Positions 8,647-18,452 of a DNA stretch of 64,000 nt are shown one piece after another; positions within the stretch are counted from its first letter, which is position 1, and each line of letters starts with the position of its first letter. Origin of the DNA: an uncultured bacterium (GTDB taxonomy: Bacteria > Patescibacteriota > Minisyncoccia > UBA6257 > 2-01-FULL-56-20); the NCBI GenBank assembly GCA_963807165.1, contig CAWDZM010000001.1:198306-262305 (forward strand), written 5' to 3'. Position numbers and translations under genes: made by a program. The notes below the pieces were generated by a model that saw only the letters and a program-made list of their open reading frames with translations, was not told where the DNA came from and did not search any database.

Positions 8647-9666
8647 ATGAAACACTCCGAGAAATTCATTTTTTTATTGGTGGTGATTGGCGCGATTTTT
8701 TTTGCCCGCCTTATCTATCCGAATATTTCCGGCGTGCCATCATTCGCGAGCACCGACCCACCACAGTCCGCTGACGCGCAGATAATCACCGCGCCACCAA
8801 CGCTCGTATTGCCACAAACCTCTGTAAGCGATGCGGGCGGCGTCGGATCCGGCGGTGCGAATGCGGGCGTGGATAAAAATGAAAATGCCAGCGGAACAAT
8901 GGCGGTCACAAATTCTGTTTTCTCTCGCATCAATGACACGCCGCTTCCGAGCTTCGATAATACAGCCTACATGATAGCGGATCTTTCGACCGGCGCTGTG
9001 CTCTCCGGCGCAAATACCACGACGCGCTGGCCAACCGCATCGCTTACCAAGCTCCTCACGGCGACACTGGTATTTGATCAACTGAGCACAAGTACCAAGA
9101 TCACTATCACTCCGGAGATGTTCGCGGCGGATCCGACGGAAGAAACGCTCGTCGTCGGCGGTACGTACACCGTTGAAGATCTTCTCCATGTGATGCTGAT
9201 GCCATCCAGCAATGTTGCCGCACAGGCATTCGCGGATTATATCGGTCAAACACAATTTATGAACGAGATGAATGCTCGTGCACAACAGTGGGGGATGACC
9301 GATAGCTACTTCGCCGATCCATCCGGCATTTCCGCCGCAAATGAATCAACCGCAAATAATCTTTTGATCCTCGCCCAACATGTCTATAATAATTATCCAG
9401 GCATTCTCGCGATCACGGATACGCACCAAACGACGATCACGGAATTGAACAGTGGCGAGAAGGTGGCCGTAACGAGTATCAATGATTTTGCGGGTGAACC
9501 GGGATTTGTTGGCGGAAAAACAGGCCACACCACCCAAGCAGGAGGCAATCTTTTATCGATTTTTAATGATGATGGACATCCGGTGTTGATCATCGTGCTC
9601 AACACGATCGATCGCTTTGGAGACACATCAAAGCTTTACACCTGGTTCCGGGCGAACTATAAATAA
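8647..9666 (+). CDS. dacA: D-alanyl-D-alanine carboxypeptidase (S11 penicillin-binding protein)
   Basis: SxxK (ASLTK), SxN (SSN) and KTG (KTGHT) motifs. N-terminal TM. Confidence 0.8.
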   Translation: MKHSEKFIFLLVVIGAIFFARLIYPNISGVPSFASTDPPQSADAQIITAPPTLVLPQTSVSDAGGVGSGGANAGVDKNENASGTMAVTNSVFSRINDTPLPSFDNTAYMIADLSTGAVLSGANTTTRWPTASLTKLLTATLVFDQLSTSTKITITPEMFAADPTEETLVVGGTYTVEDLLHVMLMPSSNVAAQAFADYIGQTQFMNEMNARAQQWGMTDSYFADPSGISAANESTANNLLILAQHVYNNYPGILAITDTHQTTITELNSGEKVAVTSINDFAGEPGFVGGKTGHTTQAGGNLLSIFNDDGHPVLIIVLNTIDRFGDTSKLYTWFRANYK

Positions 9667-9677
9667 ATTATAACGAT

Positions 9678-10740
9678 ATGGTACTTATGCATTCCCTATT
9701 GCTCAGCGAAGCGGTGCGCGTCACTATTTTGACGACGATATCATTCGTGGTCGCGCTCCTCGTTACACCGCTGTGGTATAAGTTCATCATCAAATATAAA
9801 TTCGGGAAGCAGTTGCGTAATGGCGCGGAAACGCCGGTATTTGCGGAGCTCCATAAGAATAAAGCCGGCACGCCGACGAGCGGCGGCATTATCATCTGGA
9901 CAACCGTGATCGGTATGGCGATCATCTTCGATGTCATGCGTCACATTTTTGGCGGCGGATGGAATTATTTTAACTTCGTTGATCGCGCGGAAACCTATCT
10001 GCCGATCGCGGCATTCCTTATCGCTGCATTGCTTGGACTGCTCGACGACTGGCTTAATGTACTTAAAATTGGCGGCGCGCCAGGCGGGGGATTAAAAATT
10101 CGCCAGAAGGCGATTGGTACGTCTAATCATCGCGCTCATCGGCGCATGGTGGTTCTACTTCCGCCTTGGATGGAACGTACTCACCATCCCGTTCGTTGGT
10201 AATATTACGATCGGCTGGTGGTATATCCCTATATTTATTTTTATCATTTTTGCCGCAGCATTTTCTGCAAACGAAACCGATGGCTTGGACGGTCTCCTTG
10301 GTGGTGTATCGCTCTTTGCGTTCGTGTCGCTCGCCACGGTCGCATTTGTTCTGCACGACTATAACCTTGCCGCATTTTGCGGAGCCGTCATCGGAGCACT
10401 TCTCGCATTCCTGTGGTTTAACATCTATCCGGCAAAATTTTTTATGGGAGACACCGGCTCGATGTCGCTCGGCATTACGATCGGCGTCATCGCAATGCTC
10501 ACCAATACCACGCTCATCCTTCCATTCTTTACCATCATTCTCGTCGTCGAATCACTTTCCGTCATCATCCAGGTAATCTCCAAAAAATTGCGGCGAGGAA
10601 AGAAAGTATTCCGCTCCGCGCCGATCCATCACCACTTTGAAGCACTCGGCTGGCCCGAGTCGCAAGTTACCATGCGTTTTTGGATCGTCTCCGCGGTATT
10701 CTGCGCACTCGGACTCGTTATATTCTTCCTTTCTCACTAA
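9678..10740 (+). pseudogene. mraY: Phospho-N-acetylmuramoyl-pentapeptide transferase MraY, with a +1 frame break near 10120. Probably a 1-nt insertion artefact.
   Basis: Two ORFs (9678..10202 and 10114..10740) together cover MraY. Removing one nucleotide restores the frame. Confidence 0.8.
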
Positions 10741-10820
10741 GAATTAATTATTAAAATAAGATAAAAAAATGGAAGGCACGATGTGTGTCTTCCATTTGCT
10801 CCATGGCCGAGGCCGAGATG

Positions 10821-11417
10821 CTACAGGTTGTGTTGTATGAGGCGCGGTTGGATGCTGAAGCGCCGAAGGCCGAAGGCGAAAGCCAGCAGGCCGGAACCGA
10901 GTAAAAGTAATGATGATGGTTCCGGAACTGGCGGCGTTGCTATTTCTGTCAGTGTAAATGTCCCAGGCGTCTGGACGAAGGTGCTCTCGAGAATGGTATC
11001 GCCAGCAAAGATGTTTATCTGAACGCCGTCGGTGGCGAGAAAGAGAACTCCAGCCGAATCGAGTTCTTCTCCCCCAGATCCAGGAAAAGAGAACTTGTTA
11101 TCAAAGAAACAATTTCCTCCGGCTGGGCACAATACTGCCCCGGGGAAATATCCATCTGCCGGGCCCGCGTTGTTGCTGGTCGGATTGAGCGAACCGGTTG
11201 TCCCCGTCGTTAGAAAAAGTGGATCGCCATCAACTACAAGCACCGTGCCGTCGGTGGCCTGATATTGGCCATCGCCAAGAGGTACAGCGGTAAGAGTGCC
11301 TGTCAGAATGGGCGTTTCGTCTGGTGCCGTAAAGGTGAATGTGAAGCTGTCAGCGACAGCCGCACGAGATGCGATCCCGAGAACTGCGATCGCGAGAAGT
11401 GCAGGAATTTTTTTCAT
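10821..11417 (-). CDS. Secreted PEP-CTERM domain protein
   Basis: Signal peptide. C-terminus is VPEPSS + hydrophobic helix + RR. Confidence 0.7.
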   Translation of the reverse strand: MKKIPALLAIAVLGIASRAAVADSFTFTFTAPDETPILTGTLTAVPLGDGQYQATDGTVLVVDGDPLFLTTGTTGSLNPTSNNAGPADGYFPGAVLCPAGGNCFFDNKFSFPGSGGEELDSAGVLFLATDGVQINIFAGDTILESTFVQTPGTFTLTEIATPPVPEPSSLLLLGSGLLAFAFGLRRFSIQPRLIQHNL

Positions 11418-11500
11418 CTAAAACAATCCCCCTCATCAGAGTTGACAAAAGTTCTGTCTGGTGTCGAGTATATATTAAAATTCCATAAAGTCAATCTTAT

Positions 11501-11529
11501 TTGACTATCCCTAACCATTTGTTATACTT
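11501..11529 (+). promoter_or_regulatory. Sigma-70-type promoter of rpsB: TTGACT, 17-nt spacer, TATACT. The ATG is 6 nt downstream, so the mRNA is leaderless.
   Basis: Hexamers read directly from the sequence. No SD upstream of the ATG at 11536. Confidence 0.45.
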
Positions 11530-11535
11530 TCTCGT

Positions 11536-12339
11536 ATGCCAGAAGACACAATAGTATCTATGCAAAACAACCAGACGTCCGGATATCCGGCGGAAGGATC
11601 CCGCGAAATGATGGATGCGGGAGTTTTTTATGGCCGCAAAAAAAGCAAGACGAATCCCAAAATGCGTCCGTTCGTGCTCGCTAATCGTGGCGGAATCGAG
11701 ATCATCAACCTCCAGAAGACGGAGGAGTTGATGGATACCGCAGCAGCGTTCATCAAAGAGAAGTCCCGGAATAACGGTTTGGTATTGCTCGTCGGCACAG
11801 AGCCGGCGGCGGAAATGAGCGTCACGGCACTCGCAAAGAAGCTCGGCATTCCGTACGTCACAACCCGCTGGGTCGGTGGTGCTATTACGAACTTCAAGAT
11901 CATCAATAAGCGCATCGAGCATCTTAAAACACTTCGCACCGATCTCGCGTCCGGCGCGCTCGTCAGCAAGTATACCAAGAAGGAGCGTCTTGATATGGAA
12001 AAAGAAATGAAGCGTTTGGAAGTACTCATGGGCGGTCTTGAAAATATGACAAAGGAGCCAGATGTCGTCGTTATCATCGATCCGATTTTGCATCACACCG
12101 CGCTCAGCGAAGCGAATACAAAAAAGATCCCCGTGGTCGCGCTGGCAAACGTGGACGCAGATCCGGACAAGATCGCATATCTCGTTCCAGGCAACGATAA
12201 GGCGAAGAAGAGCATTGAGTGGTTCATTGAGCGCGTGGGTAAAGCCTATGAAGAGGGGGTAAAGTTGCGTGCAGTGGCGCCGACACCTTCCACGCCGATG
12301 GCGGCAGTGGTTGCCTCAGCACCGGTAGAGGAAAAGTAG
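11536..12339 (+). CDS. rpsB: 30S ribosomal protein S2
   Basis: Full-length S2 homology. Classic rpsB-tsf pair. Confidence 0.9.
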   Translation: MPEDTIVSMQNNQTSGYPAEGSREMMDAGVFYGRKKSKTNPKMRPFVLANRGGIEIINLQKTEELMDTAAAFIKEKSRNNGLVLLVGTEPAAEMSVTALAKKLGIPYVTTRWVGGAITNFKIINKRIEHLKTLRTDLASGALVSKYTKKERLDMEKEMKRLEVLMGGLENMTKEPDVVVIIDPILHHTALSEANTKKIPVVALANVDADPDKIAYLVPGNDKAKKSIEWFIERVGKAYEEGVKLRAVAPTPSTPMAAVVASAPVEEK

Positions 12340-12378
12340 TGGTGCGCTTGGAAAAGTAATGTAGTATAATTTGAAACT

Positions 12379-12840
12379 ATGGAAATCAAAACAACGGTGA
12401 CGGCAGAGATGGTTCAAAAATTGCGCGATGTGACGAGCGCGGGAGTGATGGATTGCCGCAAGGCGCTCATCGAAGCAAACGGCGACGTTGATGCTGCGGT
12501 CAAGATCATTCACGAGAAGGGATTGGCAAAGGTAGAGAAGCGCGCGGATCGCGAGACTGGCGCGGGACTTGTGCAGTCGTATGTTCACAACGAGCGCATC
12601 GGCGTGTTGCTGCGTTTGAGCGCAGAGACCGACTTTGTTGTTCGCTCGGAACCTTTCAAGGCGCTGGCCCACGATCTCGCGATGCATATCGCGGCGGCGG
12701 CACCAAAAAATGTTGAGGAATTGCTTGCACAGCCGTATGTAAAGGATGAATCTCGCACGGTAAAGGATGTGGTAGGCGAGGTCATTGCAAAGGTGGGGGA
12801 GAACGTCGCCGTCGGCGAGTTCTATCGCGTCGAAGCATAA
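12379..12840 (+). CDS. tsf: Elongation factor Ts (short form)
   Basis: EF-Ts UBA-like N-terminus (VTAEMVQKLRDVTSAGVMDCRKAL). TATAAT sits 8 nt upstream of the ATG. Confidence 0.85.
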   Translation: MEIKTTVTAEMVQKLRDVTSAGVMDCRKALIEANGDVDAAVKIIHEKGLAKVEKRADRETGAGLVQSYVHNERIGVLLRLSAETDFVVRSEPFKALAHDLAMHIAAAAPKNVEELLAQPYVKDESRTVKDVVGEVIAKVGENVAVGEFYRVEA

Positions 12841-12864
12841 CGCCCGCACGCACCGCGCATTCAC

Positions 12865-13200
12865 ATGGAATTAATCTTTACTATAATCCTGATGATCTGC
12901 CTGGGCACCGTACTGTACCTGACAGTGCAAGCATTACCTCGCATTGAAGAAGTGCCGGTGGATGAGAAAGGATTCCTCGAGCGCTGGGCGCATTCCGAAA
13001 TGCCGGAAAAGATCGACGCCGCATTCAATAATTTCTTGCTCAAGTTTTTGCGCCGCATAAAAGTGCTCATCTTAAAGTTCGACAACGCGCTTGCGAAGCA
13101 TCTTCAAAAGATCAAACCAGAAGAAGACAAGCGTCCAACCATTGATTTTAAAGAGATTAGCGGGCAGGGGAACAAGGAGGAATCGGACGAAAAAATTTAA
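12865..13200 (+). CDS. Hypothetical small membrane protein
   Basis: N-terminal TM helix, Lys/Glu-rich tail. Confidence 0.35.
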   Translation: MELIFTIILMICLGTVLYLTVQALPRIEEVPVDEKGFLERWAHSEMPEKIDAAFNNFLLKFLRRIKVLILKFDNALAKHLQKIKPEEDKRPTIDFKEISGQGNKEESDEKI

Positions 13201-13235
13201 TGAAGTTTTAATGCGGTTTTTGTTATGGTTATTCC

Positions 13236-14021
13236 ATGGCAAAACGTTGGACTCACAGCGAGGAGCTATCTTACGGTGATCAATTGCGGAAGTTATATCT
13301 ATTGGAAAATAGAACCATTTCTGATATCGGTTTGATATTAAATATATCGCCGAGTGCGGTATACCATCGGCTGATAAGACTAAAAATTCCGGTTGTGCGA
13401 GAGAAAAAAGCTCATTATTTAAATCGTCGATCGGATATTATTATCCCAACGCACCATTCCAACACTCTCGCAGAAATTTTTGGCATCATGTTGGGCGATG
13501 GGAAATTATCTCATTACCAGACTATGGTCACGCTGGGGAATAAGGAGGAAGTATACGCCAAGTATGTCGCCGAACTGCTCATTAAAATTTTTGGGGTTCA
13601 TCCAAAAATAATTACCGACCCTCATAAAGGTTATCGAACGGTTTATTTAGGATCAACGGAAATAGCAGCGTGGTTGGTAAGCGAAGGATTGGTATATAAT
13701 AAAGTTGCGTCACAAGTTGATGTTCCTCTGTGGATACTGGATAAAGAGCAATATATGAAACGATTCGTTCGTGGATTTTTTGATACCGACGAATCGATCT
13801 ATAAATTGAAATATGGCGCACAATTATCTTTTACCAATTATTCCGTCCCGTTGCTTATATCTTTACAATGGCTACTAAGACGGTTAGGATATAGAGTGTC
13901 CGAAATAAGCGGACATCGATTTTATCTTACCAAACAAGGCGAGATAGAAAGATTTTTTAAAGAGATCGGCCCGTGCAACCCAAAACACGTCAAGCGATTT
14001 AATCTCTTTATTAATTCTTAA
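13236..14021 (+). CDS. LAGLIDADG homing endonuclease, double-motif, with an N-terminal HTH. Its stop codon lies 11 nt before tRNA-Tyr.
   Basis: Motifs IFGIMLGDGKL and FVRGFFDTDESI. Paralogous to 5124..5780. Confidence 0.8.
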   Translation: MAKRWTHSEELSYGDQLRKLYLLENRTISDIGLILNISPSAVYHRLIRLKIPVVREKKAHYLNRRSDIIIPTHHSNTLAEIFGIMLGDGKLSHYQTMVTLGNKEEVYAKYVAELLIKIFGVHPKIITDPHKGYRTVYLGSTEIAAWLVSEGLVYNKVASQVDVPLWILDKEQYMKRFVRGFFDTDESIYKLKYGAQLSFTNYSVPLLISLQWLLRRLGYRVSEISGHRFYLTKQGEIERFFKEIGPCNPKHVKRFNLFINS

Positions 14022-14032
14022 TATAAGCTCAT

Positions 14033-14116
14033 GCGTCGGTGGCAGAGCGGTCAAATGCTCGAGACTGTAAATCTCGCGCCCTATGGGCTACGCAGGTTCG
14101 AATCCTGCCCGGCGCA
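14033..14116 (+). tRNA. tRNA-Tyr (anticodon GTA), long variable arm
   Basis: Cloverleaf folded by hand. Anticodon loop CTGTAAA, T-loop TTCGAAT. CCA is not encoded. Confidence 0.85.
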
Positions 14117-14135
14117 CACATAGAAAAGAAAAAAC

Positions 14136-14185
14136 GCCTTGTGGATTTCGTTAAAACGAATATCCAAAAGGCGTTTGAGACTCGC
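14136..14185 (-). terminator. Terminator hairpin aaacgcctt/aaggcgttt with a T-run on the minus strand, downstream of 14219..14464.
   Basis: 9-bp stem seen in the sequence. Confidence 0.35.
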
Positions 14186-14218
14186 TCTCAATAATGAGAG
14201 CCGATCAATCTTGAAGTG

Positions 14219-14464
14219 CTAATGGCCGGGATCGCTTTGGCCCATTTCGGCGATAACCTGATCCTCTCCGGATTCCCGGAAGTAGTAGCTTGCGCAGATA
14301 TAGAGCCCAAGAAATGCAGTCACCGAGATAGAGCCGGTCACCACCCCAATGTGATGATGCTTTGTGACTAATGCGCCCACGGAAGCCACGGCACTCAAGC
14401 AAAACAGAAGATGAAACATGAAGCAGGCCCTATTCCAACGACCCACTACAACGGATTGATCCAT
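14219..14464 (-). CDS. Hypothetical small membrane protein
   Basis: 81 aa, two hydrophobic helices. Confidence 0.3.
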   Translation of the reverse strand: MDQSVVVGRWNRACFMFHLLFCLSAVASVGALVTKHHHIGVVTGSISVTAFLGLYICASYYFRESGEDQVIAEMGQSDPGH

Positions 14465-14570
14465 ATACTCCTCCTCAAAGATCGATTTCTACTGGCACAA
14501 ATCTATTATAACACTGTAGTTTATATATTGTCAATTTTCTTTTTCTGTAAGCAAGCGCCATAATAGAGCC

Positions 14571-15107
14571 ATGCAAGAATACGTAACCGACGCGGTGGTA
14601 CTCCGAAAAGATTCACAAGGCGATATCGACGGGCGCTATACGCTTTTTACGAAGCGATTTGGAAAAATCCGCGCGAAGGCAAAGAGTTCACGTAAGATCA
14701 CTTCAAAACTTGCGCCGCATCTTGAGCCCGGCATCGTGGCAAAAATACGCTTTATTGATACGAAGGGGACACAGCTGATCGATGCGCTCAAATCCGCACG
14801 GCTCGCCCTCCCGCTTGCGGACCTGCACTTTTTGAGCCAGCTTTTGCCGGATGCGGAACCGGAACCAGCACTGTGGGAATTATTAATAAACGGCACGGAC
14901 GATGCCACGACTGGCGATAAAAGTACCAGCTGGTCATGGGCAAAGGCGCTCGCGGTGCTTGGCTGGGATCCGGGAGAAGCGGAGTGCGTGGACTGCGGCG
15001 CAAAGCGACCATCATACTTTTATATCACGCGTCAAGAATTTTATTGCCGCACGCATGCTTCAAAAGCGCGCAAAGATGCGGTAATATTCATAGATGCCCG
15101 AGTATAA
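14571..15107 (+). CDS. recO: DNA repair protein RecO-like (short)
   Basis: N-terminal OB-fold pattern (DAVVLR...LFTKRFGKIRAKAK) and a C-terminal C-x2-C...C zinc finger. Confidence 0.55.
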   Translation: MQEYVTDAVVLRKDSQGDIDGRYTLFTKRFGKIRAKAKSSRKITSKLAPHLEPGIVAKIRFIDTKGTQLIDALKSARLALPLADLHFLSQLLPDAEPEPALWELLINGTDDATTGDKSTSWSWAKALAVLGWDPGEAECVDCGAKRPSYFYITRQEFYCRTHASKARKDAVIFIDARV

Positions 15108-17007
15108 TCCGAATTCCGTCTGGGAGAGCAAGGAAAAGAAATATGAATATACTCCGCCCGGCGGAAGATCGTCGCTTCAACCGAGCGGTTCCATACGGCC
15201 GCCGGATGGCGCGCCGCTTAATAGTGATGAACCGAAACAGCCCTCATTCTTCCGCCGCCATGGGCTGATCTTTTTTACCATCGGTATTTTTCTTGCGATC
15301 GGGCTCGCGGCGTTCATCTATTATCTTTTACTCCCACCACCGACGCCGAATGTGGTCATCTCATTTTCCAATCCCGGCTCAATCACCGTCGGCGTTCCAT
15401 TTCCAATCATCATCACGGTATCGAATGAATCAAAAAGCGTCCTCGAGAACGCGACATTGAATATTATGCTCCCCGGTGGAATTTCTTTTGCGAGCGGCAC
15501 GACGCCGACGCAATCCGTCGGCACGCTGAGCTCCCAAACGATCAATCCGCCGGATACGATTTGGCTCGTTGCCGGCGCGAACTCCGGTGCGGCATCGATT
15601 GTTGGAACGACAGAGACCCTGAATACGACGCTGACCTACCAGACCGCCGAAACCGCAAGCACAACGTATACCGCGAGTGCGAATACATCGCTCTCTATCG
15701 GCACGCAATCCGCGCTCACGCTTTCATATAATGCTCCGTCGAGCATTTTTAGTGGGCAAAATTTCGATATCACCGTAAATTATCAGAATGATACGCCAAA
15801 TGCTCTGCAGGGAGTTCAGCTCCAGATGCAATATCCACCGGCCTATCATTTTGTGATGAGTAGTGCGACATTGCCGATCGATGCGGGCAACGACACCTGG
15901 AATCTTGGCACGCTCGCGGCGAACGCGACGGGCACGCTTGTCATCACCGGCAATATCGTGGGACCGGCGCAAGCGCACTATCAGCTGACCGGCACGATTG
16001 GCGCAACGTTTTCCGGAGAGAATTATCCTGCAATTGCCGCGCCCGTAAGCTTCGTCGTCACTCCATCTCCGCTCTCGCTCGCGATCGCACTGAACGGCTC
16101 CTCCACATATATAGCAAAATTGGGGGACGGCCTTAACTATGTGCTGACGTATACGAATAATTCCAACGTAGCGTTCAAGAATGTGAATATTTCCGCCGTG
16201 CTCACCGGATCGATGTATAATCTTTCGTCGTTGAAAACAAGCGGGTCATTTAATTCGCGATCGAATACCATCACATGGTTCGCGGCAAACACCCCGGCAC
16301 TCGCATCACTCGCGCCCGGACAATCTGGAACGGTGGACTTCACTATCAATACCCTGCAAACATTCCCAACACAGCTTGTGAGCGAGGGGTATAAAAATTA
16401 TTCGCTGGACGTGACGGCCACGGCAGTGTCGCCGACTGTGCCACCGAATACCGCCGGAACAAACACCACATCTATCACCGAACTCACAAGCAAAGTGGGC
16501 GGAGAGATCACGCTCACCGCGAACGGCTATGTAAAGGAAACGACGCCAGGAATCGCAAACACCGGCCCGTACCCGCCAGTGGTGAACCAACCCACGCTGT
16601 ATACAATCCATTGGGATATCGCTAATTATTCCACGGACGCGACGAGTGTGACCATATCGGCATATCTGCAATCGGGGACGACGTTCACCGGTGTGGCGAC
16701 CAGCACAGGACTAGCATCCAACACGATCCCGACGTATGATGCGGGAACGGGGCTTGTCTCGTGGACCATCCCATCCATTTCGGCAACCACGGGCGTGATC
16801 AGCCCTCCAGTGCAGGCGATCTTCCAGGTGAGCAATACGCCGGCGGTCAATCAGGTAGGGGAAACGGTAACCCTACTCGGACCGACAACGCTCAGTGCGA
16901 TTGATGAATATACCGGCATGGCCGTGACGAGCGCCGCTCCGGCCGTGACCACCTATCTTCCAAACGACCCCTCCGTCGACAGTCAACCCGGCGACGTAAC
17001 ACAATAA
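15094..17007 (+). CDS. Large cell-surface protein with an N-terminal TM anchor and Thr/Ser/Asn-rich repeated beta-domains. It resembles the conserved-repeat domain seen in some bacterial and archaeal surface proteins (DUF11).
   Basis: 637 aa. TM helix after a ~60-aa cytoplasmic N-terminus, then internal repeats. Confidence 0.5.
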   Translation: MPEYNPNSVWESKEKKYEYTPPGGRSSLQPSGSIRPPDGAPLNSDEPKQPSFFRRHGLIFFTIGIFLAIGLAAFIYYLLLPPPTPNVVISFSNPGSITVGVPFPIIITVSNESKSVLENATLNIMLPGGISFASGTTPTQSVGTLSSQTINPPDTIWLVAGANSGAASIVGTTETLNTTLTYQTAETASTTYTASANTSLSIGTQSALTLSYNAPSSIFSGQNFDITVNYQNDTPNALQGVQLQMQYPPAYHFVMSSATLPIDAGNDTWNLGTLAANATGTLVITGNIVGPAQAHYQLTGTIGATFSGENYPAIAAPVSFVVTPSPLSLAIALNGSSTYIAKLGDGLNYVLTYTNNSNVAFKNVNISAVLTGSMYNLSSLKTSGSFNSRSNTITWFAANTPALASLAPGQSGTVDFTINTLQTFPTQLVSEGYKNYSLDVTATAVSPTVPPNTAGTNTTSITELTSKVGGEITLTANGYVKETTPGIANTGPYPPVVNQPTLYTIHWDIANYSTDATSVTISAYLQSGTTFTGVATSTGLASNTIPTYDAGTGLVSWTIPSISATTGVISPPVQAIFQVSNTPAVNQVGETVTLLGPTTLSAIDEYTGMAVTSAAPAVTTYLPNDPSVDSQPGDVTQ

Positions 17008-17021
17008 AATTATTTAATACT

Positions 17022-18452
17022 ATGGGAAAGAACGCAGATGCAAAAAATGAGGCTGGGCTAATGGAAAAGATCGTATCGCTCGCTAAGCGACGGGGGTTTG
17101 TGTTCCCTGGATCAGAGATTTATGGTGGCCTCGCCAACTCTTACGAATATGGCCCAGTAGGAGTGGAACTTAAAAAAAATATCCAGGATGAATGGTGGCG
17201 CGTATTTGTGCGCGGGCGGAGCGACATGGTCGGCCTCGATTCATCTATTATCTTGCATCCAAAAGTATGGGAAGCGTCGGGGCACGTCGCTGGGCTCGTT
17301 GATGCAATGGTGGAGTGCAAAGCATGCCACACGCGCACGCGGGCAGATCATTTGATTGAGAACCATTACGAAGCGAAGGGTGAGAAAATAAGCGTTGAAG
17401 GAAAAACTGAAGCGGAGCTCGATGAGATCATCAACGCCGAAAAAATAAAGTGTCCGAATTGCGGCAAGTTCGACTGGACGCCCGTTCGCAAATTCAATTT
17501 ATTATTTGAAACACACGTCGGCATCGTGCCGGAAGCGCAATCAAAAGTATATTTGCGCGGCGAAACGGCGCAGGGCATTTTTATCAGCTTTAAAAACATT
17601 TTGGATTCCACGCGCGTGCGATTGCCATTCGGCGTCGGCCAGCTCGGAAAGAGTTTCCGCAACGAGATCACCAAGGGTAACTTTATTTTCCGCACGCTCG
17701 AATTCGAACAGGCAGAGATCGAATACTTCTTTGATCCGGAAACCACCGACTGGAAAGAGTTATATGAAAAATGGAAAGGTGATATGTGGAGCTTCGTAAC
17801 CGGAAATCTTGGTGTGAAGGCCGACGCCCTGCGCTGGCGCGAGCATGGCGATGAAGAGCGCAGCTTCTACAGTAAGCGCACGGAAGACATGGAATACAAG
17901 TTTCCGTTCGGCTTTAAAGAACTCTGGGGATTGGCATATCGCACCGACTATGACCTTAACCAACACATGAAGTTCTCCGGCGTGGATCTTTCATACACCG
18001 ATCCAACGTCCGGCAAAAAGTTTGTGCCGCACGTGATTGAACCGGCAGTCGGCGTGAACCGCCTTATGGCGATGGTCATGCTTGACGCCTACACCGAAGA
18101 CGGCGATCGCGTTTATCTAAAACTCAAGCCGCGCCTTGCCCCCTACAAAGCCGCAGTATTCCCGTTGCTCGCCAATAAGCCGGAGCTCGTGGAGACCGCG
18201 CGGAAGATCTACGACGCGCTCCGTGCGGTCTTTACCGTCGCCTGGGATGATCGCGGCAACATCGGCAAGCGTTATTATGCGCAGGACGAGATCGGCACGC
18301 CATTCTGCATCACAGTAGATTTTGCCACGATCGAAGGAGGGGATGATGGCGAAAAAGGCACCGTTACCGTGCGCGATCGGGATACGGGAAAGCAGGAACG
18401 CATCGCGATCAGTGAACTGGAAGACTATCTCGATGGCAAAATTTATCATTAA
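17022..18452 (+). CDS. glyQS: Glycine--tRNA ligase (dimeric class II type)
   Basis: Full-length GlyRS homology. Confidence 0.9.
   Translation: MGKNADAKNEAGLMEKIVSLAKRRGFVFPGSEIYGGLANSYEYGPVGVELKKNIQDEWWRVFVRGRSDMVGLDSSIILHPKVWEASGHVAGLVDAMVECKACHTRTRADHLIENHYEAKGEKISVEGKTEAELDEIINAEKIKCPNCGKFDWTPVRKFNLLFETHVGIVPEAQSKVYLRGETAQGIFISFKNILDSTRVRLPFGVGQLGKSFRNEITKGNFIFRTLEFEQAEIEYFFDPETTDWKELYEKWKGDMWSFVTGNLGVKADALRWREHGDEERSFYSKRTEDMEYKFPFGFKELWGLAYRTDYDLNQHMKFSGVDLSYTDPTSGKKFVPHVIEPAVGVNRLMAMVMLDAYTEDGDRVYLKLKPRLAPYKAAVFPLLANKPELVETARKIYDALRAVFTVAWDDRGNIGKRYYAQDEIGTPFCITVDFATIEGGDDGEKGTVTVRDRDTGKQERIAISELEDYLDGKIYH

Noticed and set aside
10100-10130. Programmed +1 ribosomal frameshift in mraY
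   Set aside because: There is no slippery or shifty-stop context, and the same single-base-insertion signature recurs in five other genes. An assembly error is more parsimonious.
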